Assembly (NCBI GenBank): GCA_963678065.2
Contig: CAXXVZ010000002.1
Span: 352,001 to 416,000, forward strand
Length of the DNA: 64,000 nucleotides
Direction of reading: 5' to 3'
Origin: Treponemataceae bacterium
GTDB taxonomy: Bacteria; Spirochaetota; Spirochaetia; Treponematales; Rectinemataceae
Shown here: in pieces, positions 15,961 through 25,270 of the stretch
How the letters are laid out: each line of letters opens with the position of its first letter
Numbering within the stretch: position 1 is the first letter of the stretch
Position numbers and translations under genes: made by a program
The notes under the pieces: generated by a model
What the model was told of the DNA's origin: nothing
Seen by the model: only the letters and a program-made list of their open reading frames with translations
Databases searched by the model: none

Positions 15961-18454
15961 CACGCCATCTGATCATCGCGACCTTCAGTGTGTCGTTCAC
16001 GATCAGGCACGAGACCATCGCATAGCCGAAAATCGCGAGCGTCTGCCACCAAGGCAATGACACGAATCCGGGGATTCCTGCCAATGTCAGGAGAGTGCCT
16101 ATGATCGCATCTGCCATGAGGGCTGCCACGAGGGTCCTGCCGGGCATCGTCGCCCAGAACCGGCGCCGCTCCCGCGCGGACACGATGGAGAATATGGCAA
16201 AGTAGAGCAGCGTCAAAAAGCTGAAGGAGTAGAGTGCGTCGTTGTTGGTCGCCAAACCGAAATGCGACCAGCCAATCCACAGGAGGAAGAGTGCCTCCAC
16301 AACCATCGCGATGCCCAGCACGACGGATACAGTGATGAATCCCCCGATGTTCCATGTCTCCGGTTTCCTGGACGGCCGGACATGGTCGGTAGCCAGAGCT
16401 ATCTTCGCGAAGTCCGCCATGAAGACCAAGAGCAGCATCGCGAAGGCGGAGACGACGAACTTGCCGGTGACGACGAAGGCGATGGCCACAAAGGCGGATT
16501 TCAGGATCGTCCGGCTGATCTTGTTGATGACCCATGTCAGAATGCGCTGATATATCGTTCGCCCCTGCTCGACGAGCGCCACGATATTCGTGAGTCCGGG
16601 TTCGGTCAGGACGACGCTCGCGGCGCCTTTGGCGACATCGGTCGCGGTCGAGACGGCAATGCCGACCTCGGCCTGGCGGAGCGCGGGAGCATCGTTGATG
16701 CCGTCGCCCGTCATCCCCGTCACATGCCCGGCAGCCTGCAGATGCTGCACCACGATGTATTTGTCCTCCGGATACACTTCGGCAAAACCATCGGCGCCCG
16801 CGAGCAGGTCCACAGCTTCGTTGCCGCTCGCTGCACCTGTCCCTGCGCCTGCGGCCTTGAGATCCGCCACGCGCCGGATAAGGGGCAGACCGACTCCGCG
16901 CGCGATTTCGCTCGCGACCGCCAGCGCATCGCCCGTGAGCATTTTCACCGCCACGCCGAGGTTGCGGAGCGTCGCGACGAGCTGAGCGGCCTCCGGCCTC
17001 AGCGGATCATACAAGGTCACCAGTCCGATCAGTGCGGGGGTCCCGATCTCGGGACCTCGCGCAACCGCCAGAGTTCGATAGCCCTTCAATGCCAATTCGC
17101 TGACACTCGCCTCCAGCGCCTCGATCGCCGCGAGCTGGAGTCCGCAGGCCTGGGCTATGGTTCTCAGTGCACCTTTCATCACGAGCATCCGCTGCCCGTT
17201 CTGCTCGACCACAGCTTCCGTCCGCCGGTTCTGTGCATCGAATGGCGCAAAGGAGACGGGTGTCACTACAGGCAAGCCCTCGAAGATGTGCCGTTCCCTC
17301 GCTGCAGCCAGAAAAGCCAGATCGATGGGATCCTGGTTGGCTTCGTGCGACGCGAGCGCGCCGGCAAACAGCACCTCGGATTCCGTGGCGCCTTCCTGCG
17401 GAATCACGCCGGTCACTGCCAGTCTGTTCATTGTGATCGTGCCCGTTTTGTCGACGCAGAGCACATCCATCGTCGCCGCATCCTCCGAAGCGCTGAGCCT
17501 CGTGACCAGCACTCCGCGTTTGGCCAATTCTTTTGCCCCGACAGCCATGCTGACAGTGAACATCACAGGGAGGGCGACCGGAACGGCGCTCATCAACAGG
17601 ACCAGAAGGAGTGGCACCATCTCCAGAAGCGGCACGCCGCGAATCAGGGACAGGACGATCACCACGCCCAGCAGCGAACCGACTATGACGAACAGAGATC
17701 GGACGACCTTGGCCACTACCGCCTCGATGTGGAGTTTCGGACGCGCCTTCTGCACGAGCTCCGTTGTGCGGCCAAAGTACGTCCTGGCTCCCGTCAGCAT
17801 CACCACGCCGTTGCCTTCGCCCCGACGTACGACGGATCCCGACGAGAGCACGTCGCCGGAAGATTTGTCCGCATCCATCGATTCGCCGGTGAGGGCTGAC
17901 TGGTCGATGCCCAACTCTCCGGCAAGTAGTTTCAGGTCGGCCGGGATGATGTCGCCGGGGCGCAGCCGGACAACATCGCCGGGCACCAGATCCCGCGCAG
18001 GAATGATCTGCCACGTCGAATCGCGAAGGACACGCGCACTGACCTGCAGTTTTTTCTGCAGTGTTTCGACTACGCCGGCAGCGCGGTACTCCTGAAAAAA
18101 GCCCAGTACTGCATTGACCACCAATAGTGCGCTCACTACAGCGAGGTCCGAGTATTTCCGCAGGATGATCGACAGGACGATGATCAGTTCGAGCATCCAT
18201 GCCGACACGCCCCAGAACTTGCCCAAAAACATGCGGAGCGGGTGCCCTTTTTGGACAGCGACCTCGTTGTAGCCATGTTCCTTCCGGCGGACCTCCACCT
18301 CGGCGTTCGCGAGGCCGGTCTCGGGATTCACGCCGAGCGCCAGAAGAGTCTCGGGAACCGATATGGAAGCGAGGTCGGGAGCCTTCAACGTTGTCGACAT
18401 TGTCGACCCAGAGCGGAGGATATCCGCCCCCTTTTCCGCTGTGCTCGTCTGCAT
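15950..18454 (-). CDS. P-type ATPase, plasma-membrane H+-efflux (P3A)-like
   Basis: LTGES, DKTGT, KGA, MLTGD, GDGINDAPAL motifs; TM4 reads VPVALP rather than PEGLP or CPC. Confidence 0.88.
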   Translation of the reverse strand: MQTSTAEKGADILRSGSTMSTTLKAPDLASISVPETLLALGVNPETGLANAEVEVRRKEHGYNEVAVQKGHPLRMFLGKFWGVSAWMLELIIVLSIILRKYSDLAVVSALLVVNAVLGFFQEYRAAGVVETLQKKLQVSARVLRDSTWQIIPARDLVPGDVVRLRPGDIIPADLKLLAGELGIDQSALTGESMDADKSSGDVLSSGSVVRRGEGNGVVMLTGARTYFGRTTELVQKARPKLHIEAVVAKVVRSLFVIVGSLLGVVIVLSLIRGVPLLEMVPLLLVLLMSAVPVALPVMFTVSMAVGAKELAKRGVLVTRLSASEDAATMDVLCVDKTGTITMNRLAVTGVIPQEGATESEVLFAGALASHEANQDPIDLAFLAAARERHIFEGLPVVTPVSFAPFDAQNRRTEAVVEQNGQRMLVMKGALRTIAQACGLQLAAIEALEASVSELALKGYRTLAVARGPEIGTPALIGLVTLYDPLRPEAAQLVATLRNLGVAVKMLTGDALAVASEIARGVGLPLIRRVADLKAAGAGTGAASGNEAVDLLAGADGFAEVYPEDKYIVVQHLQAAGHVTGMTGDGINDAPALRQAEVGIAVSTATDVAKGAASVVLTEPGLTNIVALVEQGRTIYQRILTWVINKISRTILKSAFVAIAFVVTGKFVVSAFAMLLLVFMADFAKIALATDHVRPSRKPETWNIGGFITVSVVLGIAMVVEALFLLWIGWSHFGLATNNDALYSFSFLTLLYFAIFSIVSARERRRFWATMPGRTLVAALMADAIIGTLLTLAGIPGFVSLPWWQTLAIFGYAMVSCLIVNDTLKVAMIRWRVGE

Positions 18455-18572
18455 GGTGATTGTTCTCCGATTTCCAGTCGTCCCGAATCTTTCCCCGTTT
18501 CAGATTCGCCGGGATAACATGAAGGCAGAGAACCTGATCGCGGGGAGAGATGGGGAAAATTGACGTCGAAAC

Positions 18573-18758
18573 CTATACTTTCTTTCTCGTCGAAATGCCA
18601 AAGGGCATATAGAGGGGACAGGTGCTCACGGCGGCCGTCGCCAGGGGCACGAGGCCGATCAGCCCAAGCCAGCTTTTGAACCCGATTCCGAGGGCGATTA
18701 TCGCCAGCCCCAGCACGATTCTGATGATCCTGTCCGTATTCCCGATATTCGGCTTCAT
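18573..18758 (-). CDS. DUF2892 (YgaP-like) small membrane protein
   Basis: NIGxxDRIIR and CPLYxPFGIST motifs; GGAGG RBS. Confidence 0.88.
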   Translation of the reverse strand: MKPNIGNTDRIIRIVLGLAIIALGIGFKSWLGLIGLVPLATAAVSTCPLYMPFGISTRKKV

Positions 18759-18948
18759 TGTGAACCTCCATTCTCCCGTTTCCCGGGTGAATATAAACAA
18801 TATACACCTGTACCAGGGGACATTAACCCTGATCACGCATGGAATACTTCCAATGGGAAATTATTTCCTGCCTCAAAGTCCAGACTGGATTGTCGCGGTG
18901 GCCGCGCGACATCGGGCACGAGGCTACCGCAGAAATTACCTACACCTA

Positions 18949-18977
18949 GGGCAAGACCCTCGCAGTCTGTCCTGCCC
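18949..18977 (-). terminator. Stem-loop downstream of the DsrE-family gene
   Basis: 9-bp stem with one G-U pair (GGGCAGGAC / GTCTTGCCC on the minus strand); weak U tract. Confidence 0.35.
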
Positions 18978-18987
18978 ACGGCTCCCC

Positions 18988-19308
18988 CTAGAATGTAATG
19001 ACCCTGTCCGCCCACTCCACCATTTTTATGCAATCATTCATCGTCGATATCGGGCAGACATCGGTGGCCTCGCCCTTTCGCGCCTTGATGCAGGTTCCGC
19101 AGGCCAGAACGGTCCCGCCATTTTTCACGAATTCGTCTATTTGCTGTTTGGCGTTGAATTTTTCATGCGTGATGCTCTCTATTTCGACCCCGGCGCTCAT
19201 CAGGAATATCGTCACTTCATGTCCTTTCTTGAGAGAAGCATTTCCGAAACGAACTCCATTCCATGCTTTTTCGGGATCATTGGTCTCGATTATCAAACCA
19301 AATTTCAT
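18988..19308 (-). CDS. DsrE/F-family sulfur relay protein
   Basis: EKAWNxxR, IFLMSAGVE, ACGTC motifs; ends ADRVITF. Confidence 0.85.
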   Translation of the reverse strand: MKFGLIIETNDPEKAWNGVRFGNASLKKGHEVTIFLMSAGVEIESITHEKFNAKQQIDEFVKNGGTVLACGTCIKARKGEATDVCPISTMNDCIKMVEWADRVITF

Positions 19309-19375
19309 AGCAGTGCTCCTTGTCGATCTCGTGAGCCGTCGTGGCGCACGAATAAAATTTTCACTATATAGTCAA

Positions 19376-19693
19376 CTACAGGATCCCGAGCCTTCGCTTG
19401 CGGTTCTGCAGCATTGCGGCCTCGGCGCAGGCCGCCATTTCCAGAACGCAGGGCGCGGCAAGCCTGTACTCGACGAGGGTGCCGCGCTTCTCGTCGTCGA
19501 TTAGACCGACATTTTTGAGGGCCGAAAGATGCTTGGAGGCTACGGATTTCTCTATCCCGACTTCGACAGCGAGTTCGCAGACACACCACGGCCGTTCTTT
19601 GAGTTTCTCAAGCATGAAGAGTCGCATAGGGTGGGCAAGGGCTTTAAACATTTCCGATTTAAGTGTGTATCTCAGAAGCTCTGTTTCATTCAT
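19376..19693 (-). CDS. ArsR/SmtB-family transcriptional regulator
   Basis: FKALAHPMRL, CVCEL, SKHLxxLK motifs. Confidence 0.9.
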   Translation of the reverse strand: MNETELLRYTLKSEMFKALAHPMRLFMLEKLKERPWCVCELAVEVGIEKSVASKHLSALKNVGLIDDEKRGTLVEYRLAAPCVLEMAACAEAAMLQNRKRRLGIL

Positions 19694-19701
19694 AAAACAA
19701 G

Positions 19702-19771
19702 GTTGCAAAGTTTCGCAACAAAAGTCAATATTGCTGTTGACATTTAATGCAATGTTTCCTAATATTGCAAC
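19702..19771 (+). promoter_or_regulatory. Promoter of the permease/redox operon with two putative ArsR boxes
   Basis: TTGACA (19737-42), 17 bp, TAATAT (19760-65); GTTGC-N8-GCAAC at 19702-19719 and GTTTC-N8-GCAAC at 19754-19771. Confidence 0.65.
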
Positions 19772-19788
19772 AATCAAGAGGAGAAAAG

Positions 19789-20271
19789 ATGGACTCGATC
19801 ATCTTTTATGTCGTCGCGGCGGTACTGCTGGTGATTTCGTTTATCAAAAACCGCAAAAAGACGGTCACTGCGCTCAAAAAAGCGTGGAAAGCCTTCGAGA
19901 ACATCCTGCCCCAGTTCCTTGTGGTGATGGTTCTTGTCGCTGTCGTCCTCGCGGTCTTCGACGCGAAGCTCATCTCGAAACTCATCGGAAGGGACTCGGG
20001 GGCTTTCGGAGTCATACTGGCCGCCCTCGTCGGTTCGATCACCCTGATACCCGGCTTTGTCGCCTTCCCCGCCGCCTCGGCACTTTTGCACAACGGTGCG
20101 GGCGTAGTCCAGATCGCGGCCTTCGTGTCGACCCTGATGATGGTCGGAATCGTCACCCTCCCCATGGAAATGAAGTACTTCGGCAGGCGCGCCGCCATCA
20201 TGCGCAACGCGCTGGCCTTTGTCCTGTCCTTCGGGATCGCGGCAGTCGTCGGAATGGTGGTGGCGGCATGA
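19789..20271 (+). CDS. Small permease subunit (ArsP/DUF318-like, half-size)
   Basis: Hydrophobic 160 aa protein with GSITLIPGFVAFP and PMEMKYFG motifs; GAGG RBS. Confidence 0.8.
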   Translation: MDSIIFYVVAAVLLVISFIKNRKKTVTALKKAWKAFENILPQFLVVMVLVAVVLAVFDAKLISKLIGRDSGAFGVILAALVGSITLIPGFVAFPAASALLHNGAGVVQIAAFVSTLMMVGIVTLPMEMKYFGRRAAIMRNALAFVLSFGIAAVVGMVVAA

Positions 20272-20876
20272 ACGAACCAGCGAAAGGAGCTGCGGACAAA
20301 CCCGCGAACAAGCCTGCCACTCAGCCGGGGAATAAACCGGCGAAAACGGCGCTTCAAAAATACCTTCCCGCCCTGCTTTCGGCGGCCGGCCTCGCCGTAT
20401 TCATGATTCTCGTCCCCTCGTACGCACACAAGACCGCGTCCAACCTCGCAAGCCAGCTCCTCACGACGATGCTGGTCATCCCGCCCATCTTCGTCATGCT
20501 GGGGCTGCTCGATGTGTGGGTGCCGAGGGAGAAGATGATCGCCTTCATGGGGCCGGGTTCCGGACTGAAAGGCGTGCTGCTCGCGTTCTTCCTCGGCTCG
20601 GCGGCCGCCGGCCCCCTGTACGGAGCGTTCCCCGTCGCCGCCGTCCTCATGAAGAAGGGCGCGAGCTTCAGCAACATCCTCATCTTCATCGGAGCGTGGT
20701 CGACGACGAAGGTCCCCATGTTCATGTTCGAGGTAGCCTCGCTCGGGTTCCGCTTCGCCCTGACCCGGCTTCTCGTCGACATTCCCGTCATCATTTTCAT
20801 CGCGCTCGCCATACAGAAAGCCATCCCGAAAGAAGAAGTCGACCGCCTGTACCGGGCGGCCGAAGCGATAGACTGA
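20268..20876 (+). CDS. Small permease subunit (ArsP/DUF318-like, half-size)
   Basis: GLLDVWVP, AAGPLYGAFP, GAWSTTKVP motifs; ATGA-coupled to the previous gene. Confidence 0.8.
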   Translation: MNEPAKGAADKPANKPATQPGNKPAKTALQKYLPALLSAAGLAVFMILVPSYAHKTASNLASQLLTTMLVIPPIFVMLGLLDVWVPREKMIAFMGPGSGLKGVLLAFFLGSAAAGPLYGAFPVAAVLMKKGASFSNILIFIGAWSTTKVPMFMFEVASLGFRFALTRLLVDIPVIIFIALAIQKAIPKEEVDRLYRAAEAID

Positions 20877-20902
20877 TCGCACATCACATTATGGAGGTTT
20901 GT

Positions 20903-21142
20903 ATGAAAATTCAGATTCTGGGTTCCGGTTGTCCGAAATGCAAATTGCTCGAGCAGCACGCCCGGGAGGCCGTCGCGGAGCTCGGACTCCCGATAGAGGT
21001 AGAGAAGGTTATGGAAGTCGAGAAGATCATGGCGATGGGCGTGATGATGACGCCCGCTCTCGCGATCGACGGGGTCGTGAAGAGTGTCGGCAGGGTCCTC
21101 ACAAAGATTCAGGTCATCGAGTATCTCAGGGGAGGCAAGTGA
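20903..21142 (+). CDS. Small redox-active disulfide protein (Thioredoxin_3 type)
   Basis: LGSGCPKC and MTPALAIDG motifs; GGAGG RBS. Confidence 0.9.
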   Translation: MKIQILGSGCPKCKLLEQHAREAVAELGLPIEVEKVMEVEKIMAMGVMMTPALAIDGVVKSVGRVLTKIQVIEYLRGGK

Positions 21143-21143
21143 T

Positions 21144-21518
21144 ATGGGCTGTAGCTGTGGCGGTGATTGCGAGACAAATCTCATCTATGCCTGTTCGGGC
21201 GCAGCCAATACGGGACTTCTTGCCGACCAGGTGATGCGCTCCCTCAATCGCGACAAGGCAGGTTCCAGCACATGCCTCGCGGCGATGGGAGCCGACCTCT
21301 CTGGCTTTCTCCTGTCGGCGCGGAATGCGACACGGAACATCGTTCTCGACGGCTGCAAAGTCTCCTGCGGCGCGAAGATCTTCGAAAAGAACGGGATTCC
21401 TTTTCAGCATCATATCATGACCGATTACGGCGTGGAGAAGGGCAAGACGGCGATCACGGGAGACCTCATCGAGTCTGTCGCCGGGCAGGTCGCGGGGCTG
21501 ATCGCAGGAAGGACCTAG
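21144..21518 (+). CDS. DGC-domain putative zinc-binding protein
   Basis: YACSGAANTG, CLA, LDGCxxxC motifs. Confidence 0.88.
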   Translation: MGCSCGGDCETNLIYACSGAANTGLLADQVMRSLNRDKAGSSTCLAAMGADLSGFLLSARNATRNIVLDGCKVSCGAKIFEKNGIPFQHHIMTDYGVEKGKTAITGDLIESVAGQVAGLIAGRT

Positions 21519-21520
21519 CA

Positions 21521-22471
21521 ATGTGGCAAAAAATCGTCGATTGGTTCGTGTACGACACGATCAAACTGTCGCCTGAGTCGGCTCTGGGATCGGCGCTGGA
21601 TTTTTTCATCTACGACACGGTCAAGATTTTTTTCCTGCTCACGGTCATCATCTTCGCCATCGCCTTACTGAGAAGTTTTTTCCCTCCTGAAAAGACGAAG
21701 CGCGTCCTCGAGAAAGTCCCCGAGTTCATGGGAAACATCCTCGCGGCTCTTCTCGGCATCGTGACGCCCTTCTGCTCCTGCTCCGCGGTGCCCCTCTTTA
21801 TCGGCTTCATCGAGGCTGGCATTCCCCTGGGCGTCACCTTCTCCTTCCTCGTCTCCTCTCCCATGGTGAACGAGGTGGCCCTCATCATGCTCTGGGGGCT
21901 CTTCGGCTGGAAGATCGCACTCCTCTACATTGCGAGCGGCATAGTCGTGGCCATCGCGAGCGGCGCCATTATCGGAAGACTCAAGCTCGAGAAATGGGTC
22001 GAGGAGTACGTCTACAGGATCCACTCGGGCGCGGGCGTGATCGAAACGCTGGGCTGGAAGGATCGCTTCCAGTACGCCTTCGGCTATGTCGGCGAGATCG
22101 TCGGGAAGGTCTGGCCCTATGTCCTCGTCGGCATCGCGATAGGCGGATTCATGCACGGCTACGCCCCCGCCGATCTCCTCGCGAAATACGCCGGGCCGGG
22201 CGTTTGGTACGCCGTTCCGCTTGCAGTCCTCATCGGCGTGCCACTCTACTCGAACGCGGCCGGCGTCATCCCCATCGTCAAGGTGCTCATGGAGAAAGGT
22301 ATGGCCATGGGAACGGCGCTCGCCTTCATGATGGCCGTGACCGCCCTCTCCCTGCCCGAAGCCATCATCCTGCGCAAGGTGCTGAAACCAAAGCTCCTCG
22401 CCATCTATTTCGGCGTCGTCGCCTTCGGGATCATGCTCACCGGATACCTCTTCAACGCGATCATTCAGTAG
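21521..22471 (+). CDS. ArsP/DUF318-family permease
   Basis: TPFCSCSAVP, SPMVNE, PLYSN, LSLPE motifs. Confidence 0.9.
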   Translation: MWQKIVDWFVYDTIKLSPESALGSALDFFIYDTVKIFFLLTVIIFAIALLRSFFPPEKTKRVLEKVPEFMGNILAALLGIVTPFCSCSAVPLFIGFIEAGIPLGVTFSFLVSSPMVNEVALIMLWGLFGWKIALLYIASGIVVAIASGAIIGRLKLEKWVEEYVYRIHSGAGVIETLGWKDRFQYAFGYVGEIVGKVWPYVLVGIAIGGFMHGYAPADLLAKYAGPGVWYAVPLAVLIGVPLYSNAAGVIPIVKVLMEKGMAMGTALAFMMAVTALSLPEAIILRKVLKPKLLAIYFGVVAFGIMLTGYLFNAIIQ

Positions 22472-22480
22472 GAGTGCTCC

Positions 22481-22927
22481 ATGACCAGTTTCGAAATGCG
22501 CAGGCGAACCCCTCGGGTTACCGGCATCGCACTGGCAGCGGTTCTTGTCGCATTCGCAAGTTTGGCAGGCCTGTTGTTTGCCGATTCCAATACCACACCG
22601 ACGACGGTTGCAGCTGGGACCACGTCGACCAAACCTTCTGTCCCCAAAGTAACCTTCATCGAGCTTGGCTCGGTGAACTGCGTGCCCTGCAAGGCCATGC
22701 AGCCAGTGATGGAAGAGGTACGCAAAAAGTATGGCGACCAGGTCAATGTCGTTTTCCATGATGTCTGGACGCGTGCCGGAGAACTCTATGGCCGAAGTTT
22801 CAAGATAAAGGTCATCCCGACCCAGGTATTCCTCGATGCCAAAGGGAAAGAGTACTTCAGGCACGAAGGGTTTTTCCCAGCCGAAGAACTCTACAAGGTG
22901 CTCAAAATCGGCGGTGTGAAGCTGTGA
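22481..22927 (+). CDS. Exported thioredoxin-family protein
   Basis: N-terminal hydrophobic anchor, CVPC active site, IPTQVF. Confidence 0.88.
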   Translation: MTSFEMRRRTPRVTGIALAAVLVAFASLAGLLFADSNTTPTTVAAGTTSTKPSVPKVTFIELGSVNCVPCKAMQPVMEEVRKKYGDQVNVVFHDVWTRAGELYGRSFKIKVIPTQVFLDAKGKEYFRHEGFFPAEELYKVLKIGGVKL

Positions 22928-23622
22928 TCAACTCGATCGTGGTAGCCATCTCGATTGTCCTCTCCAGACCGGGTGTGGCAGCTTTCGGGGCTGCCACGGT
23001 TTGGGGACTCATGAGCGTTCTCTTAAGTCCTTGTCACCTGGGATCGATTCCCCTCATCATTGGTTACATCAACAATGGCGAAAAGCCTTCGCGCCGGCGA
23101 GCTTTCCTGTTGTCCCTGCTCTTCGCCTCGGGGCTTCTCGTCACCCTCTTCATTCTTGGTCTCGCGGCAGGTCTGGCAGGGAACCTTTTCGGGCGCATCG
23201 GTACGGTGCCTCGGATCACGGTCGCGGTTTTTCTGATTCTCTGCGGGCTCTGGCTCATGGATGTCCCGCCCCTCTCCAGAATCAGTTTTTCGATGAAATC
23301 GAAGCCGACAAACCGGGGAGCCATCGGCGCCCTGACGCTCGGGCTTGTCTACGGAGTCATTCTCGGCCCCTGTTCCTTTGCCTTCCTCGCACCCATCCTC
23401 GGGATCGTTTTTCAGGCGGGCGGCGCAGGGCTCTGGTTCGGGATAGGGCTCATGGCTTTCTTTGCCCTGGGGCACTGTCTAGCAATCGTTGCGGCAGGGA
23501 CCTTCGGCGATGCGGTCAGAGGATTCCTTGCCCGTCGGGGTTCGGGTCTCGCGGCAATCTGGTTCAAGCGCATATGCGGCGCCGGCGTGGTCGTAGCAGG
23601 TGTGTTGCAGTTGTTCCCATGA
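22924..23622 (+). CDS. ccdA: CcdA/DsbD-type transmembrane electron transporter
   Basis: Six TM helices with the two Pro-Cys motifs LSPCH and GPC. Confidence 0.85.
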   Translation: MINSIVVAISIVLSRPGVAAFGAATVWGLMSVLLSPCHLGSIPLIIGYINNGEKPSRRRAFLLSLLFASGLLVTLFILGLAAGLAGNLFGRIGTVPRITVAVFLILCGLWLMDVPPLSRISFSMKSKPTNRGAIGALTLGLVYGVILGPCSFAFLAPILGIVFQAGGAGLWFGIGLMAFFALGHCLAIVAAGTFGDAVRGFLARRGSGLAAIWFKRICGAGVVVAGVLQLFP

Positions 23623-23643
23623 TTTTTTCCAAGGAGAAAAACG

Positions 23644-23856
23644 ATGAAACCAGTGCTTTTCAAAGAACGATGCGCTGCACAACCGGAAATTTGTCCATCC
23701 ATGAAAGTCTGCGCGCCGGGTGCGCTCGCCTATGTCGAAGATGAAGATGAACCGCTGGGCGGCCGCATGGAGATCGATTATTCGCTGTGCACGGAATGCG
23801 GTCTGTGCATCGATGCCTGCTGCGGGAAAGCGTTCAACATCGACCAGGTTTCCTGA
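23644..23856 (+). CDS. 4Fe-4S ferredoxin
   Basis: CTECGLCIDAC motif plus an N-terminal Cys cluster; GGAG RBS. Confidence 0.82.
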   Translation: MKPVLFKERCAAQPEICPSMKVCAPGALAYVEDEDEPLGGRMEIDYSLCTECGLCIDACCGKAFNIDQVS

Positions 23857-23875
23857 CCCCCAAAAGAAGGTCACA

Positions 23876-24865
23876 ATGGCACATGATCACGATCACTCGG
23901 ACGGGGCGCTGTTTCCGGAGGAGGACACGAAGGGAGGAAAGTTCGTCCTTTCCATCCTCATCACCAGTCTTACCTTGTTTGCGGAAGTAGGTGGAGGGAT
24001 TCTAACTGGAAGCCTCGCCCTCCTCTCCGACGCCGCTCATGTTTTTCTGGACATTCTCGCCCTCCTCCTAAGCTATGGCGCCGTCCGCATGGCACTACGG
24101 GCTCCGAGTGAAAAGCACAGCTATGGCTTCCATCGCATGAAGGTCATCGCGGCTTTCATCAACGGATCCATGCTCCTCGTCGTCTCCTTTGAAATATTCC
24201 GCGAGGCTGTTGTCAGGTTCCTTCATCCGGAGCCGGTTGTCGCGGGGCCTATGCTCATCGTGGCTGTCATCGGCCTTGTCGCCAACCTCATCGTCGCCCT
24301 CGTTTTGGGGCATCATGATCACGACGACCTGAATACCAGGGCGGCCTTTCTGCATGTGCTCGGCGACGCGCTCTCCTCTGTCGGCGTCATCGGTGCGGGC
24401 ATCGTTATCCTGATCACGGGGTGGACCTGGGTCGATCCGGCGGTGAGCCTGTTGATCGGCGTCGTGATCCTATCGGGCTCATGGCGCGTTCTGAAAGAGG
24501 CGATCCACATCCTGAACGAAGGCGCTCCGGATGATGCCGGGACCCCGGAGGTTACGGCAGCGATGGAAGCAGTTCCGGGAGTGCAGGGCGTACATGATGT
24601 GCATGTCTGGACTGTCGGGCCTGGCTACAGAGTGTTGAGTGCCCATGCCCTTCTGGAAAATCAGATGCTCAGCGAAACCGGTTCCATCATGGATGGACTG
24701 AAAGAGATTCTGGCGTATCGTTTCACTATCCACCATACGACCATCCAGTTCGAGTGCTCGGATTGCGGGCAGTGCGGATCGGGGCATGATGCCTGCGACG
24801 GGCATGACGATCACGATCACAGACAGGAAACCACGCCTGCTCATACGGGAGGCACGGCACAATGA
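23876..24865 (+). CDS. Cation diffusion facilitator (CzcD-like Zn/Co/Cd exporter)
   Basis: SLALLSDAAH, HVLGD, HDVHVW, HTTIQFE motifs; His-rich termini. Confidence 0.92.
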   Translation: MAHDHDHSDGALFPEEDTKGGKFVLSILITSLTLFAEVGGGILTGSLALLSDAAHVFLDILALLLSYGAVRMALRAPSEKHSYGFHRMKVIAAFINGSMLLVVSFEIFREAVVRFLHPEPVVAGPMLIVAVIGLVANLIVALVLGHHDHDDLNTRAAFLHVLGDALSSVGVIGAGIVILITGWTWVDPAVSLLIGVVILSGSWRVLKEAIHILNEGAPDDAGTPEVTAAMEAVPGVQGVHDVHVWTVGPGYRVLSAHALLENQMLSETGSIMDGLKEILAYRFTIHHTTIQFECSDCGQCGSGHDACDGHDDHDHRQETTPAHTGGTAQ

Positions 24866-25104
24866 TCAGCGGGATGATTCTCTTAAAGGGGCTTCTTGCA
24901 GCCATCATAGTCGGTTTTGTGACTGCTTCGATCAAGTCCTGGATGGACAGAGTATTTCTCGTCATCATGCTGACGGGAATCGTGGGCCTGCCGATACGCG
25001 ACGCCATACTGGTCAATCTCGTTGTCGTCGGGCTTGCGGCGCTCATGATGGTCATTCGTCAGCGGAAAATGCTGAAGGCCTCTGAGACAAATATTATTTT
25101 ATAG
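24862..25104 (+). pseudogene. Probable 5' fragment of a TauE/TSUP-like membrane exporter
   Basis: 80 aa with about 3 TM helices, ATGA-coupled to the CDF gene, running into an abrupt AT-rich junction at ~25085. Confidence 0.5.
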
Positions 25105-25207
25105 AATAATACTTATATATAAATTATATATAACACAATAGACACACATGTGTTTATGTTTTATCGGATTATTCGGCAGTATGTGCGGACTGTGCTGGTG
25201 TGAATGA

Positions 25208-25259
25208 AAATAAAAGCGGTCGAAGGCACTCCATAAGTGCCACCAACCGCCTTTTTATT
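25208..25259 (-). terminator. Terminator of ggt (possibly bidirectional)
   Basis: AAAAGCGGT..GGCACT-loop-AGTGCC..ACCGCCTTTTT stem flanked by A and T tracts. Confidence 0.7.
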
Positions 25260-25270
25260 AGGACATGGAA

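Noticed and set aside
18833..18960. LGVGNF..RQSSLDF reading frame resembling a DinB C-terminus with a clamp-binding motif
   Set aside because: Too short to distinguish from chance without a search, and it overlaps a likely terminator hairpin
25085..25170. AT-rich tract with short palindromes as a possible origin or IS end
   Set aside because: No iterons, DnaA boxes, matching second end or transposase were seen
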